64,000 nucleotides of DNA, from positions 118,420,001-118,484,000 of the forward strand of contig OZ038378.1 of NCBI GenBank assembly GCA_964036045.1, in the 5' to 3' direction. This document shows, piece by piece, positions 61,080 through 64,000 of the stretch. Each line of letters begins with the position of its first letter. Within the stretch, counting starts at the first letter, position 1. This stretch comes from Eutreptiella sp. 'Long Island Sound 2002' (lineage: Eukaryota > Protista > Euglenida). The notes below the pieces were generated by a model. It did no database searches and was not told the DNA's origin. It was given only the letters and a program-made list of their open reading frames with translations. A program made the translations under genes and the position numbers.

Positions 61080-61870
61080 TTTTACCCCGCCCCTCCTGGC
61101 TGGGGTGTCCCGTGTGGGTGTGTCTGCTTGGGCTCAAGTTGCCGCTGCGCCCCGCCACTCCTGCCTGGGGTGTTGGGGTATGTGTCTGCTTGTGTGCGTG
61201 TTCCGCTTGTACCCTGCCACTCCTGGCTGGGTTGTGCGGTGTGGTCGTGTGTGCTTAGGCTCGCTTGTCGGCCGCGCCTCGCCACTCCTTGCTGCGTTGT
61301 TGGGGCGTGTGTTTGTTTGTGTGCGCGCTTGGCTTGTGCCCCCCCCTCCTGGCTGGGGTGTGCGGTGTGGGTGTATTTGTTTGGGCTCTGGTCGCGGCTG
61401 CGCCCCGCCACGCCGGGCTGAGTAGTTGCTGTGTGGGTGTGTTTTTCTGCGCGCTCCGCTTGTACCCTGCCACTCCTGGCTGGGGTGTGCGGTGTGTGTG
61501 TGTGTGCTTGGGCTCCGGTCTCGGCTGCGCCCCGCCACTCCTGGCTACGGTGTTGGGATGTGTGTGTATTTGTGTGCGCGCCCTGTTTGGACCCCAGCAC
61601 TCCTGGCTGGGCAGTGCGGTGTAGGTGTGTGTGTTTGGGCCCGGGTTTTGGCTCTGCCCGCCACTCCTGGCTTGTGTGTTGGGGTGTGTGTGTGTTTGTG
61701 TGCGTGCTCCGTTTCCACCCCGCCACTCTTGGCTGGGGTGTTCGGTGTGGGTGTATGTGTTTAGGCTTGGGTTTCGGCTGCGCCCCGCCACTCCTTGCTG
61801 GGGTGTTGGGGGGTGTGTGTGTTTGTGTGCGCGCTTCGCTTGTAGCCCGCCACTCCTGGCTGGGGCCTGC
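61080..61870. repeat. ~63-bp GT-rich minisatellite, about 13 copies, with alternating A/B units
   Basis: ccgccactcctggctggg anchor every 63-64 bp, followed by one of two alternating spacer types. Confidence 0.88.
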
Positions 61871-62499
61871 GGTGTGTGGGTTGGGTGTCGCCTGGTACCT
61901 ATTCCTGACCCGCGGTTGGTTGCGGGTTGTGAGGGCTGCCTGGGTTTGCGGCACCCTGTCGTCGTTGTTGCTTGGCACCTGTCCGTGTGCCTTGGTTGTG
62001 GCCGGCAACGTGCCTCTCTGGCGGGCCTCGTGGCCCCACGTTACTACACCGCCCCGCGTCCGGTCCTGTCGCACTCTGTGCTCTGGTCGGCTTTCCAGAC
62101 GCTGTGGTGCCTCTCCTCACCCCGGGGGCTTGCGCCCCCGGAGTTACTGGGCGTCTGGGCGGGGCACGTGGAGGCCGACTGGGAACCGGGCTCTTTGTGC
62201 CTGCCAGTGGCCGCTGCTGAGGCAGCGGCGGTGGGCTCCCTCCGCGTAGTACCCGTTCGGGGACCCGCCATGGGGTTGTCCCTGGCTGGTCCCTCGGGCG
62301 TCGGTCTTGGGCTGCGTGTGCTGCGGTGGTTTGCGTGTGTGGACCCGGTCACCGACACGTCCGGTTTCCTGTACCGCCCGTCTTTCGACAGGGGAATTGG
62401 CCAGTGCACCGGGGCTGTTTCGTGTGGACGCCGACACCGCCACTTTTGGGTCGGAGGACGCCACGCCCAGGTCCCGTGCGTGTTTGCCTGTGCGCGCCC

Positions 62500-64000
62500 C
62501 TGTTGGCCGGGTTGGGCGGGCCGGCCTCCCGGGCACGTTTTGGTGCGCCTCACGTTTTTCTGTGGCCAGTCTTGGTGCGCTCTTTGTTTGCTCGGCCCCC
62601 TCCGGGCTGGGGTTGCCCTGTTTGTGGTTGTTGCTGTGTTTTCTTTTTTTTTTCTCTTTCCTTTGGTGCGCCCCTGTTGTCTCTCGCGTTCCGTGTTCTC
62701 CGTCCCGGAGTGCCTTGGGCCTTGGCGTCTTATCTTCCTACTGCACACCCCCCCCTTTTTTGCCTTTTTCTTCCGGTGGGCACCCCTGTTGTCTCCGGCG
62801 TTCCGTGCTTTCCGGCCCGGGATGCCTTGGGCCTTGGTGTCTTGTTGTCCTCCCGCCCGCCCCCCCCTTCTTCTTCTTGTTTTTTGGTTTTTTTTCTCCC
62901 CCTTCTCCCGCCTCCCCCCGCATTTGGTTTTCTTCTGCTCGCCTTGCTCCTGTTTTCTGTTTGTTTCCCTTTTTTTAGCTTCCTCCTTTTTCTTCTTGCG
63001 CTGGTGTGCCGGTGTTGCGGTGCTGGGGCTGGTTCCTGTGTCCTGGGCTGTGGGGTGTGCTGCCTTGTGGTGCTGTGGGTGTTGTTTCCCGGCGGGGGCC
63101 GGCTTGTGCTTGCGCTCTGTCGTTCGGTGCTCCCTGGTTGTGCCTGTTCCCCGTGTGTTGTTGCCTTTTGTGTTGCGCATGTCCGCTGGCCCCGTGCTGG
63201 CGGCGCTTCTCTTTCCCGCGCTGCCCCTGGCGCCCTGCTTTTGTGCTTTGTCCTCTGGTCTTGTGTTGTGGCGCTTGTCGTGCTGTTTTGCCTTGCGTTG
63301 ATGTGTGTTGTGTTGGTCTCTTTGGTGTGGTGTTGCTCGCCGTTGTGGGGTGCGGTGTGGTGTTGTCCGCCCCTCCCTCCCCCCCGGCTGCTGTGCCCTG
63401 TTTTGTTTGTTTTTCTTTTCGGGTGTGTGCTGGTTGTGCTGCCCGCCCCTGCTGGTTGTGGTGCGCTGTGTTGTGTGTTGTCGTGTGGTGCTGCTGTCTG
63501 TGGTGTGTTTTGCGTTTTGCCCGGTGCTGTGTGGCATGCTTGTGCTGGGCTGGGTTCTTGCGCCGTGCTGCTGTCGTCTGTTGCTGTTGCCTGGTCCCCT
63601 GTTGTGGCCCTTGGTTGTGTCCTGTCCTCGTGTGTGGTGCTGCGTTGTTTCGGCCTGTCGCTTGTCTTGTGGTGTGCTGCTGTCTGCGTCGTGTCTTGCT
63701 GGTGCCCCCTGTTGTTTCGTTGGCCCTGGCTGGTGCCGTGTGCTGTTGCCTGTGGTTGCCGGGTGTTCGTTGCTGGGTCTGGTTGCCCGCTGTTGTTTTC
63801 CGCTGGCGTGCGTTGTCATGGGTGCTTCTGCCTGGCCTCGTGGCTTGCTGCCCTACTGTGTGCTGTGGTTTGTTGTGGTGCCCTGCTCCCCTATGCTGTG
63901 TCCTGTGTTCTGTGGTGCTATGTCGGCGTGCTTGGTGCCCTGCTGCGCTGGTGGTGTTGATTTGTGTCCTTTCCCTGTGTGTGCGGTGCTGATTTGCGCT
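62500..64000. repeat. G/T-skewed low-complexity sequence
   Basis: Almost no A on +; degenerate gtg/tgt/ctg repeats. Confidence 0.75.

Noticed and set aside
61625-63960. ORFs of 544-591 aa on both strands
   Set aside because: They arise from G/T-skewed repeats that lack stop codons; composition is implausible for real proteins.
1-64000. rRNA, tRNA or snRNA genes
   Set aside because: No recognisable conserved sequence found by eye; tRNAscan-SE or Infernal would be needed to exclude divergent ones.

Overview
Eukaryotic, transposon-saturated, mostly GC-rich window. I found no recognisable host housekeeping gene, rRNA, tRNA or CRISPR array, and almost all coding sequence is frameshifted or stop-interrupted. 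Main components: (1) a ~21-kb Ty3/Gypsy LTR retrotransposon on + (LTRs at 4267-~4787 and 25103-25521, PPT, long gag with two Zn knuckles, RT, RNase H, DDE integrase, chromodomain) carrying a Dam-like N6-adenine DNA methyltransferase domain just upstream of RT; (2) a 5'-truncated non-LTR element on - (14195 to ~5610; RT, RNase H, CCHC) nested inside it and followed by a RING-like motif and an Ulp1/C48-like protease-like region; (3) a second non-LTR family on - (~54570 to ~44220; CCCH-finger ORF1, APE, internally deleted RT, RNase H, CCHC, long unknown 3' extension); (4) further LINE and Gypsy fragments; (5) decayed DNA transposons (pogo, hAT, possibly CMC/CACTA-like); (6) an intact 342-aa ORF with a CxxC-CxxC zinc ribbon; (7) tandem arrays (~420, ~104, ~148, ~63 bp) and two multi-kb duplications with microhomology junctions. 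All domain calls come from motif recognition by eye, with no database search. Most boundaries are approximate.
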